From Pseudomonadota bacterium (GTDB lineage Bacteria > Pseudomonadota > Gammaproteobacteria > Burkholderiales > JAJZQI01), in NCBI GenBank assembly GCA_021851875.1, contig JAJZQI010000008.1, positions 48,359 through 112,358 of the forward strand: a DNA stretch of 64,000 nt. The letters are read 5' to 3'. Both the position numbers and the translations under genes were made by a program. The notes under the pieces were generated by a model. It ran no database searches. It was not told the origin of the DNA and saw only the letters and a program-made list of their open reading frames with translations. Shown in pieces: positions 7,640-15,878 of the stretch (position 1 is its first letter; each line of letters begins with the position of its first letter).

Positions 7640-8575
7640 CTACTCCATAAGCTGCAAAATGCCGAGAGCCTTTCCTGTTAACTCCCTTGTTGAGTTTGGC
7701 GTGATGTTGGAAACCCCAAGGCTTGCAAGGTCAGCCTTCACATCTTTCCAGAGGTAGTAGGTATCGTCAGAAGAGACTTCAAGGTAAAACCGTGTCCATT
7801 TGTCTTGGTCTTGGCGGTGGAGGATGGGAGCAGCTTGATATACATGAACGTATTTTCTGGTACCGCGTTTCTCAGTATATGCCTCGACAACCAAGTCACC
7901 CGGTTTTGCTTCTGATCGGAAGCGGGACTTGCCAGACCAACGAATTGAACGTACCTCATAGCCATCTTTTTCGACGTGCTTTTCTGCTTCCTCAAGCCCT
8001 TGTAGCTCGAATGACTCCTCGGCACTGGTGATTCGTTCGCTAAGCTGGCGCGTTGAAATAAACCACACGCGCGATTCACCAACAGTTATTTTCTTCTTGC
8101 TTTGGCGGCTAAAGCCGGAGGCGCGGACAACTGGCAGTGCTTCTATTCGCTGAAGAAACTCCTCAGTAACTTGGATGGACTCGCTCTTGACGTTCTCGAT
8201 GAATCCTTGAACCAAGCCCGCAATTTGAGAGTCGTCTGTGAATAATGAAGCTTCGCAGGTGCCGACACCTGCATTTTCTGAAAGATTCGCAGATCCAATT
8301 AACGAGTGGTTGTCGATGACGGCCACTTTAGAGTGCAATCCATCGAAGGAATAGAGTTCGGCTCCTTGATCGAAGAATGCTCGCAGAACTGAGGCCGATG
8401 TTAAGCCGCCTTTGATTGCATCATCGGATGCGTCACAGATAAGTAAATCGCCTTGGCGGAAATCAAGGTGTCGCGCTGTCACATAAGAAATGGCGGCGCG
8501 TATGCGTTTGTGGTTTGCCGATTGCTGAGACAACTCAGCCCACAGGTCATCACTCAGGAGCGTTTTCATAGTCAT
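7640..8575 (-). CDS. Cassette ORF: single-HKD phospholipase-D-family (Nuc/BfiI-like) nuclease with an unassigned ~150-aa C-terminal domain
   Basis: The HxK(x4)D(x6)GSxN motif reads LHSKVAVIDNHSLIGSANLSEN. The ORF fills the whole cassette between attC-f and attC-e. The start is ATG 8575 or 8569; the track's TTG start lies inside attC-f. Confidence 0.75.
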   Translation of the reverse strand: MTMKTLLSDDLWAELSQQSANHKRIRAAISYVTARHLDFRQGDLLICDASDDAIKGGLTSASVLRAFFDQGAELYSFDGLHSKVAVIDNHSLIGSANLSENAGVGTCEASLFTDDSQIAGLVQGFIENVKSESIQVTEEFLQRIEALPVVRASGFSRQSKKKITVGESRVWFISTRQLSERITSAEESFELQGLEEAEKHVEKDGYEVRSIRWSGKSRFRSEAKPGDLVVEAYTEKRGTRKYVHVYQAAPILHRQDQDKWTRFYLEVSSDDTYYLWKDVKADLASLGVSNITPNSTRELTGKALGILQLME

Positions 8576-8581
8576 AGAAAT

Positions 8582-8647
8582 GCCCAACGTGGAGTTGAGC
8601 GAGCGGAGCGCCGCAGGCGCGGAGTCCGCTCGAACGGAGGGTTAGAT
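8582..8647 (-). repeat. attC site f
   Basis: Read on the minus strand: ATCTAAC-CCTCC-GTT(C)GAGC ... GCTCAA-CTCCAC-GTTGGGC. Confidence 0.8.
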
Positions 8648-8942
8648 GCTGCACATTTACACAGCGAAGTTTCAATCGGCAACGGATTACCTTGACCAGT
8701 GCGGTGAGGTTGAATTCCGTGGCGGGTTTGAGCCGGAGAAGCTGATTTACGCCGACTGCTGCGGGAAACAACGGCCAGCAAAAGACTGTGTTGTGCAGTG
8801 CTACTACGATGGCCAGAGCATCTGGTGCGCACCTGAAAAGGGCTGCAAAGACCCGCAAGTGATTGCGGCGAAGAAGGCACGAGAGTTTGCGAATCGGAGT
8901 GCAGGACAAAAGGCTCGATGGGCGAAGGCATCTAACGTTTAG
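8646..8942 (+). CDS. Inverted cassette ORF: 98-aa protein with seven cysteines and a basic tail
   Basis: GGAGG (8636-8640, inside attC-f) sits 5 nt before the ATG. The seven Cys fall in CG..ADCCG..DCVVQC..WC..GC, followed by the tail KKAREFANRSAGQKARWAK. The stop lies inside attC-g. Confidence 0.5.
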   Translation: MLHIYTAKFQSATDYLDQCGEVEFRGGFEPEKLIYADCCGKQRPAKDCVVQCYYDGQSIWCAPEKGCKDPQVIAAKKAREFANRSAGQKARWAKASNV

Positions 8943-8993
8943 CTTAAGGGGCGCGCGGCTTTTCGCGCGTCCCGCTTGAAGCGCCTGTTAGGC
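8930..8993 (-). repeat. attC site g
   Basis: Read on the minus strand: GCCTAAC-AGGCG-CTT(C)AAGC ... CTTAAG-CTAAAC-GTTAGAT. Confidence 0.8.
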
Positions 8994-9008
8994 GCTATTG
9001 GAGGAAAG

Positions 9009-9200
9009 ATGAAACCGAAAGACATTATGTTTTCCGTGAACGAATACGACCGCGATGGTGATTGCACCGACAAGGGTGTATTCCTCCATTTCGGAGAAAC
9101 GAAGGTAAAGGCTGCGGACGGCATCAAGGAATTTGCCGAGATCGTGCGCCACTTCGAGGCGATGGTGGAAGAAATTGAAACCAACTATGCGGACGCCTAA
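9009..9200 (+). CDS. Inverted cassette ORF: 63-aa acidic protein, function unknown
   Basis: GGAGG at 9000-9004 sits 4 nt before the ATG. The stop TAA lies inside GCCTAAC of site h. Confidence 0.45.
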   Translation: MKPKDIMFSVNEYDRDGDCTDKGVFLHFGETKVKAADGIKEFAEIVRHFEAMVEEIETNYADA

Positions 9201-9254
9201 CGTAAATTAGGCGGCGTTGGAAAAGTGGTGTCACGCCGCCTAAATCTATTTATT
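9195..9254 (-). repeat. Degenerate attC-like site h (proximal boundary of array)
   Basis: The L'-spacer-R' half is intact (CGCCGCCTA-ATTTAC-GTTAGGC) and there is a 9-bp stem TAGGCGGCG/CGCCGCCTA. There is no extra base in L'', and the R'' position reads AATAAAT instead of RYYYAAC. Confidence 0.4.
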
Positions 9255-9368
9255 AAATTTATATCCATTAAATAACAATAACTTAATAATCGCATTTGCT
9301 TTTAACCCAACCTAAAAAAATGCGGATGAAAGTTCATGTTCTACATAAACATCCTTGCCCTTCCTGCC

Positions 9369-9397
9369 ATGATATGCGGACATTTGGATTATGACAA
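9369..9397 (-). promoter_or_regulatory. Candidate sigma70 promoter facing the cassette array
   Basis: Minus strand reads TTGTCA, a 17-nt spacer, then TATCAT, within the AT-rich gltX-array spacer. Confidence 0.3.
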
Positions 9398-9574
9398 ATG
9401 ATTGGATTTATCACTTATTTTCACTTCAACAAGAGCGTGCCAAAAGACAAAACAGAGCCCGTGGCCTTAGGGTTCTGGTCGCGAAGGGATAAAACGGACT
9501 AACAGGAATGGCGCAAAGCCGAGATACCGCATTAAACGGTATCTTGATGGCTTGCTTTGTGCCCTAACCGAAGG

Positions 9575-10969
9575 TTAGGAAGCGGACAGGGCGTTGAGCT
9601 GGCGGCGCAGGCGGGTCAGCACTTCATCTTTGCCGATGAGTGCCAGAACGGCATCGATGGAGGGGGTTTGCGGTTCGCCGGTGACCAGCACGCGCAGGGG
9701 CATGGCCACCTTGGGCAGTTTCAGGCCGTGTTCCGCGACGATGGCTTTCATCACGTCGTGAATGGCTTCGCGGGTCCAGTCGATGGCTTCAAAGCGGTCG
9801 GCCACTTGTTGCATCACCGGCAGAATGTCTGCACCGACGTGCTGTTCGATGACGGCGGGTTCGGCATCCAGCGGTCGATAGAAATACACGGCCGCATCGG
9901 CCAGTTCTTCAATGGTGTTGACGCGTTCTTTCAGCAGGTCGATGACCAGCGGCAGGGCCGGGCCATGGCTCGGGTCGCATTCGTCGCGCAGCAGAAAGGG
10001 GCGGACCAGTTCCGACAAACGGTTGCTGTCGGCCTGCTTCAGGTATTGCTGGTTGATCCAGTTGAGCTTTTCCGGGTTGAAGCGGGACGGAGAGCGGGAG
10101 ATGCCTTCCAGATTGAACCATTCGGTAAACTGGTCCATGGTAAACACTTCTTCGTCGCCTTTGGCCCAGCCCAGGCGTGCCAGGTAGTTGAGCAGTGCCT
10201 CGGGCAGGTAGCCGTCTTCTTCATACTGCATCACGCTGACCGCGCCGTGGCGCTTTGACAGCTTTTCCCCGTCGTGTCCCAGAATCATCGGTACGTGTCC
10301 GTACTTGGGCAAGGGGGCGCCGAGCGCCTTGAGGATGTTGATCTGGCGCGGTGTGTTGTTGACGTGGTCGTCGCCGCGAATCACGTGGGTGATTTGCATG
10401 TCCCAGTCGTCCACCACCACGCAGAAGTTGTAGGTAGGTGAACCGTCCGAGCGGGCAATGATCAGGTCGTCCAGCTCGCTGTTCTGCACAATGATCTGCC
10501 CTTTCACCAGGTCGTCGATGACAACGGCGCCGTCGAGCGGGTTCTTGAAGCGGACAACCGGTGACACGCCGGTCGGGGGCGTGGCGGTTGAGTCGCGCCA
10601 ACGACGGTCGTAGCGGGGTTTCTCGCCTTTGGCCATCTGCTCTTCGCGCATGGCATCGAGCTCTTCCTTGCTGGCGTAGCAGTAATAGGCTTTGCCTTCG
10701 GCCAGCAATTGGTCGATCACTTCCTTGTAGCGATCCATGCGCTTGGTCTGATAGAAAGGACCTTCGTCGTAGTCGAGCCCAAGCCACTTCATGGCATCGA
10801 GAATGACCTGGGTGTTTTCCGGGGTGGAGCGTTCCAGATCGGTGTCTTCAATACGCAGAACAAAGGTACCCTTGTGCCGGCGAGCGAATGCCCAGGAGAA
10901 CAGGGCAGTACGGGCGCCGCCCAAGTGCAGATAACCGGTGGGGCTGGGAGCGAAACGGGTGCGGACCAT
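9575..10969 (-). CDS. gltX: Glutamate--tRNA ligase
   Basis: N-terminal [18 protein letters not shown] (HIGH-type motif) and KLSKRHG (KMSKS-type motif). Confidence 0.95.
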   Translation of the reverse strand: MVRTRFAPSPTGYLHLGGARTALFSWAFARRHKGTFVLRIEDTDLERSTPENTQVILDAMKWLGLDYDEGPFYQTKRMDRYKEVIDQLLAEGKAYYCYASKEELDAMREEQMAKGEKPRYDRRWRDSTATPPTGVSPVVRFKNPLDGAVVIDDLVKGQIIVQNSELDDLIIARSDGSPTYNFCVVVDDWDMQITHVIRGDDHVNNTPRQINILKALGAPLPKYGHVPMILGHDGEKLSKRHGAVSVMQYEEDGYLPEALLNYLARLGWAKGDEEVFTMDQFTEWFNLEGISRSPSRFNPEKLNWINQQYLKQADSNRLSELVRPFLLRDECDPSHGPALPLVIDLLKERVNTIEELADAAVYFYRPLDAEPAVIEQHVGADILPVMQQVADRFEAIDWTREAIHDVMKAIVAEHGLKLPKVAMPLRVLVTGEPQTPSIDAVLALIGKDEVLTRLRRQLNALSAS

Positions 10970-11129
10970 GGCAGTGAGCTGAGTGAATCAAAGCCGCTAT
11001 TTTACGCAATAACTGGCAATGCCGCCATGTTGCAGCCGAGGTAAAGAGGGGGCCAGTGCTGGCAGAAGTGGTTCTAGGTGGGCTGGGAGCGATCTGCTAC
11101 CATGCGCCAGCTAGAGCGCTATATTGTTT

Positions 11130-12062
11130 ATGACAACACTGGTTAATACCGCCACACACCGGCAGGATGCATTCTGGGGAATTCTCTTTTCCCTGTTGGC
11201 CGCTATTGGTTTTTCCATCAAGTCCATTCTGGTCAAGCTGGCCTATGTATACGTGGTGGATGCAGTCACCTTGCTGACCCTGCGGATGGTCTTCTCCGTG
11301 CCGTTTTTTCTGATGATCGCCTTCTGGGCTGGGGCCCGCCAGCAGGAGCCGTTGCAAAAACGGAAGTGGCTGGTGATCGGTGCGCTCGGCTTGGGCTATT
11401 ACCTGTTCAATTATCTGGATTTTCTCGGCCTGCAGTATGTTTCCGCCGGGCTTGAGCGGCTGATCCAGTTTCTCTACCCGACTTTGACGGTGGTGCTGGC
11501 GGCCTTGCTTTATCGTCGGGCTATCTCCTCCAAGGTGATTGCCGCCATGCTGCTCAGTTACGCCGGTATCGCCATGGTGTTCATGCATGATGTGCGGGTC
11601 AGCGAGAGTGGAATTGTGCTGGGCGCGTCGCTGGTTTTTGCCAGTACGCTGTTCTACGCGATCTATCTGGTGGGGGCGGGGCACTCGATTGCACGCATGG
11701 GAACGGTGAGATTCACGGCTTATGCGATGCTGATCGCCAGCACCATCAGCGTGAGTCAGTTTGCCCTGACACACCCGCTGACAGCGCTGGTGCAACCCGC
11801 GCCGGTGTATCAGCTGGCCTTTATGATGGCGATCTTTTCCACCGTTTTGCCGGTATTCCTGTTAACGGCCGGTATCCGCCGGATCGGTTCCGGCGAGGCT
11901 TCTCTGATCGGCTCGATCGGCCCGGTGTTTACCATTTACCTGGCGCATGTGTTCCTTGATGAGCATGTTTCTGCCTTGCAAATCGGCGGGTCGCTTCTTG
12001 TATTGGTCGGTGTGGTTGCGGTCAGTCTGAGCAGCCGCAGCGATGTTCGGCCGATCAGCTGA
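11130..12062 (+). CDS. EamA/DMT-family transporter
   Basis: About ten hydrophobic helices in two EamA-like halves. I prefer ATG 11130 over the track's TTG 11124. Confidence 0.8.
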   Translation: MTTLVNTATHRQDAFWGILFSLLAAIGFSIKSILVKLAYVYVVDAVTLLTLRMVFSVPFFLMIAFWAGARQQEPLQKRKWLVIGALGLGYYLFNYLDFLGLQYVSAGLERLIQFLYPTLTVVLAALLYRRAISSKVIAAMLLSYAGIAMVFMHDVRVSESGIVLGASLVFASTLFYAIYLVGAGHSIARMGTVRFTAYAMLIASTISVSQFALTHPLTALVQPAPVYQLAFMMAIFSTVLPVFLLTAGIRRIGSGEASLIGSIGPVFTIYLAHVFLDEHVSALQIGGSLLVLVGVVAVSLSSRSDVRPIS

Positions 12063-12071
12063 TCTGCCCGA

Positions 12072-12590
12072 TTATCTCGCCTCCGGCGGACCATGACGTT
12101 TCTGTTCTGCCAATGGCAAGGTCAGCGTTTCCTTCACTTCTTCCATCACGATATAGCTTCTTGATTCCTGCGCGCCGGGCAGCGTGAGCAGAATGTCGCC
12201 CAGCAAAGTCCGGTAATCCGACATTTGCGGAATGCGCGCCTTGACCAGGTAATCAAAGTCACCCGAAACCAGATGACATTCCAGCACGCTGGGCAGTTTG
12301 ATGATTGCCCGTTTGAACTTCTCGAAAATGGTCCCTGACTTGGCGGACAGCTTGATCTCGACAAACACCAGCAGGTTGAGGTCCAGCGCATTGGGGTCGA
12401 TACGGGCGTAGTAGCCCAGAATGACGCCCTCTTTTTCCAGGCGCTTTATCCGCTCCCCGCAGGGCGTGACTGACAGACCCACTTTTTCGGCCAGATCGGT
12501 GATGGAAATACGGGCGTCTGTTTGCAGGATGGAAAGAATTTTACGGTCGATATTGTCCAGTTCGCGGACGGCATGGGTGCGGATTCTCAT
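12072..12590 (-). CDS. Lrp/AsnC-family transcriptional regulator, divergent from dadA
   Basis: HTH LDNIDRKILSILQTDARISITDLAEKVGLSVTPCGERIKRLE plus an AsnC-type C-terminal domain. Confidence 0.9.
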   Translation of the reverse strand: MRIRTHAVRELDNIDRKILSILQTDARISITDLAEKVGLSVTPCGERIKRLEKEGVILGYYARIDPNALDLNLLVFVEIKLSAKSGTIFEKFKRAIIKLPSVLECHLVSGDFDYLVKARIPQMSDYRTLLGDILLTLPGAQESRSYIVMEEVKETLTLPLAEQKRHGPPEAR

Positions 12591-12790
12591 AGGATTTTAC
12601 TGTGTAGTTAAAATTGCTGGAATTTTTATGATTACATAATGAATATATATTGTCAGTCAAAAAATATGCAATTTTTTACTGGATAATCTGGAAATATAGA
12701 AAATTCACCTGGCGGGTGAGGCGTACACTCTGGCCGTAATAGGGCTGTAAAAGGCCATTTATCGAGATGGGCTTCTTCTGGGGGTGTGGG

Positions 12791-14101
12791 ATGCGAGTTG
12801 TTGTTCTGGGTAGCGGGGTGGTGGGGGTGACCAGTGCGTATTACCTGGCGAAGGCGGGATTTTCCGTGACGGTGCTGGATCGCCAAAGCGGGCCGGGTAT
12901 GGAAACGAGTTTTGCCAATGCGGGGCAGGTATCGCCCGGCTATTCGGCGCCCTGGGCCGCTCCGGGTATTCCCTTGAAGGCGGTCAAGTGGCTGTTCCAG
13001 CGCCATGCCCCGCTGTCGATCCGACCGGACGGCTCCTTGTGGCAGTGGCAGTGGCTGGGAATGATGTTGCGCAACTGCACGGAGGACCGCTATGCCGTTA
13101 ACAAATCGCGCATGGTGCGGCTGGCGGAATACAGCCGCGACTGTTTGCGCGAGCTGCGGGCGGAGACCGGTATTCAATATGAGCAGCGTACGCAGGGAAC
13201 GCTGCAGGTCTTTCGTACGCAACAGCAGCTGGATGCGGCTGGAAAAGACATTGCCGTGCTGGCCGAGTGCGGAGTGCCTTATGAGGTGCTGGACCGCGAT
13301 GGCTGCGCGAGCGCGGAACCGGCGTTGGGCCTGGTAAAAGAAAAACTGGTCGGCGGCTTGCGCCTGCCGGGCGACGAGACGGGCGACTGCCAGCTCTTTA
13401 CCACGCGTTTGGTAGAAGAGGCGCGTAAGCTGGGTGTCGAATTTCGCTACAACTTTCCGATCGAGCGCCTGCTGACTGCCAACGGCAAGGTGACGGGCGT
13501 TGAAGGCGGCGGGGAACGGATCGAGGCCGATCAGTTTGTGGTGTCTCTGGGCAGCTATTCGCGCGATTTGCTGCAATCGCTCGGCATGAAGATCCCAGTC
13601 TATCCGGTCAAAGGTTATTCCCTCACCGTTCCGATCACCAATCCGGCTGCGGCACCGGTTTCGACCATCATGGACGAAACGTACAAGATCGCCATCACGC
13701 GTTTTGACGACCGTATCCGTTTGGGCGGCATGGCCGAACTGGCGGGCTTTGATTTGCAGCTGAATCCGAAACGGCGGGAAACGCTGGAAATGGTGGCCGG
13801 CGACCTGTTCCCGCAGGGCGGGGATATTCCGTCGGCCACCTTCTGGACCGGTCTGCGGCCGATGACGCCGGATGGCACGCCGATCATCGGCGGCACCCCT
13901 TACGAAAACCTGTGGCTGAATACCGGCCACGGCACCCTGGGGTGGACCATGTCGTGCGGTTCCGCTCGCGTGTTGGCGGATCTCGTTGCCCGCCGCCGCC
14001 CGGCGATTGAAGCCCGGGACCTGGGGCCCTGTCGTTATGAGCCCGGCGTGCCCGATTGCAATCCGGCCGCGTCGATGGCGATGTCTGGCGCGACAAAATA
14101 A
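12791..14101 (+). CDS. dadA: D-amino-acid dehydrogenase
   Basis: [31 protein letters not shown] (FAD GxGxxG) and synteny with alr. Confidence 0.9.
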   Translation: MRVVVLGSGVVGVTSAYYLAKAGFSVTVLDRQSGPGMETSFANAGQVSPGYSAPWAAPGIPLKAVKWLFQRHAPLSIRPDGSLWQWQWLGMMLRNCTEDRYAVNKSRMVRLAEYSRDCLRELRAETGIQYEQRTQGTLQVFRTQQQLDAAGKDIAVLAECGVPYEVLDRDGCASAEPALGLVKEKLVGGLRLPGDETGDCQLFTTRLVEEARKLGVEFRYNFPIERLLTANGKVTGVEGGGERIEADQFVVSLGSYSRDLLQSLGMKIPVYPVKGYSLTVPITNPAAAPVSTIMDETYKIAITRFDDRIRLGGMAELAGFDLQLNPKRRETLEMVAGDLFPQGGDIPSATFWTGLRPMTPDGTPIIGGTPYENLWLNTGHGTLGWTMSCGSARVLADLVARRRPAIEARDLGPCRYEPGVPDCNPAASMAMSGATK

Positions 14102-14125
14102 TTAAGAATAGAAGGCATATGCAGT

Positions 14126-15211
14126 ATGAGTCGACCTACAACCGCGCGCGTCCGCCTGGATGCGCTGCGCCATAATTATCTTCAGGCAAAAGCGTTGCAT
14201 GGCGAACGGGCGCTGGCCGTGGTCAAGGCAAACGCCTACGGTCATGGAGCGGTGCAGTGTGCCAAAGCCCTGGAAACCGTCGCGGATGGTTTTGCCGTTG
14301 CCGCAATCGAAGAGGCGCTGGCCCTCAGAACTGCCGGCATCAACGGACCGATTTTGCTGCTGGAAGGTTTTTTTGAAGCGAGTGAGTTGGCGGAGATTGT
14401 TGATCAGGATTTGTGGACGGTCGTGCATCATCCCTGGCAGCTTGAGGCTTTGCTTGCCAGCAAGCTTGATAAGCCCATTACCGTATGGCTCAAGATGGAC
14501 AGCGGCATGCACCGGGTCGGCTTTGATCCGGCCATGTTTCGACAGGCTTATGAGCAACTCAGCGCCAGCCCCAATGTGCGTCAAATTGTCCTGATGAGCC
14601 ACTTTGCCCGGGCCGATGAACCGAATGCGGCGCACCCCAAGCAGCAAATGGAAATTTTCCGTGCAACGACCGAGGGTATCGAGGCTCCGGTCAGTCTGTC
14701 CAATTCGGCGGGCATTCTCGGTTGGCCGTCGACGCATGTGAACTGGGGCCGACCGGGGATCATGCTCTATGGCGTGAATCCTTTCGATGGCCTGGAAGCC
14801 AGTCAAGAGGTGACCGGCGACTTGCGCCCGGTGATGCAGCTCGAGTCGGCTGTTATTGCCGTGCGCTCGATTGCGCCTGGAGAGCCCGTCGGCTACGGCG
14901 GAGCTTTCGTCGCCGACCGGCCGACACGAGTGGGCGTGGTGGCGTGCGGTTATGCCGATGGTTATCCACGCATTGCGCCAACCGGGACACCGGTTGCAGT
15001 GGATGGACAATTGACGCGTTTGATCGGCCGGGTGTCGATGGACATGCTGACCGTCGATTTGACCGATTTGCCCGCAGCCGGGCTGGGCAGCCGTGTCGAA
15101 TTGTGGGGTGACACCGTGCCTGTCAGCCGGGTGGCCGGCCTGGCCGGCACGATCGCCTATGAAATTTTATGCAATGTGAAGCGTGCCCGTTTCCATTATT
15201 CCGATAATTGA
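14126..15211 (+). CDS. alr: Alanine racemase
   Basis: PLP-lysine motif AVVKANAYGHG. The length is typical. Confidence 0.9.
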   Translation: MSRPTTARVRLDALRHNYLQAKALHGERALAVVKANAYGHGAVQCAKALETVADGFAVAAIEEALALRTAGINGPILLLEGFFEASELAEIVDQDLWTVVHHPWQLEALLASKLDKPITVWLKMDSGMHRVGFDPAMFRQAYEQLSASPNVRQIVLMSHFARADEPNAAHPKQQMEIFRATTEGIEAPVSLSNSAGILGWPSTHVNWGRPGIMLYGVNPFDGLEASQEVTGDLRPVMQLESAVIAVRSIAPGEPVGYGGAFVADRPTRVGVVACGYADGYPRIAPTGTPVAVDGQLTRLIGRVSMDMLTVDLTDLPAAGLGSRVELWGDTVPVSRVAGLAGTIAYEILCNVKRARFHYSDN

Positions 15212-15783
15212 AGGAAATTCCGATGAAACAGATTCAAAATACATGCGGCCATGTCCAGTGGACAATGTGTGGTATTCGTCAAGAATCAGCAGGCTGCCGT
15301 ACTTAGTCGTCAATTGCCGCAGCTTTTCGATAAAGTTAGGTGGAGACGATCCATATCGCAATTTGCCAGGGCCAGTTCAAGCAATGCGTAGGCGACTTCG
15401 GTTGCTAGTGCGTGTTCCATTGTTGCGACATCGGTGAAATCGACGGCAACGGTATTAAAGTCTCAGGGCGAACATCTGGTCGAGCAAAATGGTTCGGCGG
15501 AGAGTGTAGCCACGTTCGAGGTCAACTAGGGCGTCATCAATCGTGCCGTGGTAGCAACTGTCGAACACCAGCAGTTTTGATGACGGCGCGCCCATTTCGG
15601 GTGTAAGCGCGTCGGAATGGCGTGTCTGGGCTGTGGCCAAAATGGCGCCATCAGATAATATTCAAAGTGGCTCTGTGGGTCATTTGTTGGGTTATCCGAG
15701 CGAAGAGATATCTGAAATGGCAAGTTTTCCTGAAGTGATTTTGCAGTCTGCTCCAAATTTGATTTGTTCCACGGCGTGCGCAA
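15212..15783 (-). pseudogene. Frameshifted remnant of a class-III (GSA-aminomutase-like) aminotransferase
   Basis: Fragments lie in different minus-strand frames: KLLVFDSCYHGTIDDALV (15455-15640) and FIEKLRQLTTKYGSLLILDEYHT (15167-15361). The region looks locally AT-richer. Confidence 0.55.
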
Positions 15784-15878
15784 CGTTTTTCCTTTTGCCT
15801 GAACGACGACGATGATCGTCTGGCTGGAATTGCAATCACCTATAGTGGATCAACTGAACTGAACGGAGTGGTACTCTC

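Larger units (their letters stand above)
4640..9254 (-). mobile_element. Integron-type gene-cassette array without an integrase in the window (CALIN-like); 7 cassettes
   Basis: Seven 64-73-bp attC-like imperfect palindromes plus one degenerate site. The 7-mers flanking every cassette are exact reverse complements. The L''/L' asymmetry places the top strand on the window's minus strand. Confidence 0.8.

Noticed and set aside
9305-9311. A lone ACCCAAC (GTTGGGT on the minus strand) in the AT-rich spacer, considered as a possible attI R-box or ORF-less cassette boundary.
   Set aside because: There is no complementary partner 7-mer at the next site (site h has AATAAAT) and no flanking direct repeats. 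A single 7-mer match is expected by chance.
9562-9582. A mini-palindrome, CCTAACC-GAA-GGTTAGG, with AAC/GTT ends at the gltX stop. I considered it as an attI or attC remnant.
   Set aside because: It has only a 7-bp stem with a 3-nt loop, no L boxes and no spacer architecture. It overlaps the gltX coding end and is more simply a small hairpin.
12653-13930. Long antisense ORFs opposite dadA. Analogous ones occur at 20083-21444, 22980-24410, 24247-25680, 28328-29776, 42905-44587, 48878-51172 and 59081-60490.
   Set aside because: Each fully overlaps a sense gene that has clear catalytic motifs. The antisense translations are Arg/Gly/His-rich and lack motifs. They are shadow ORFs.
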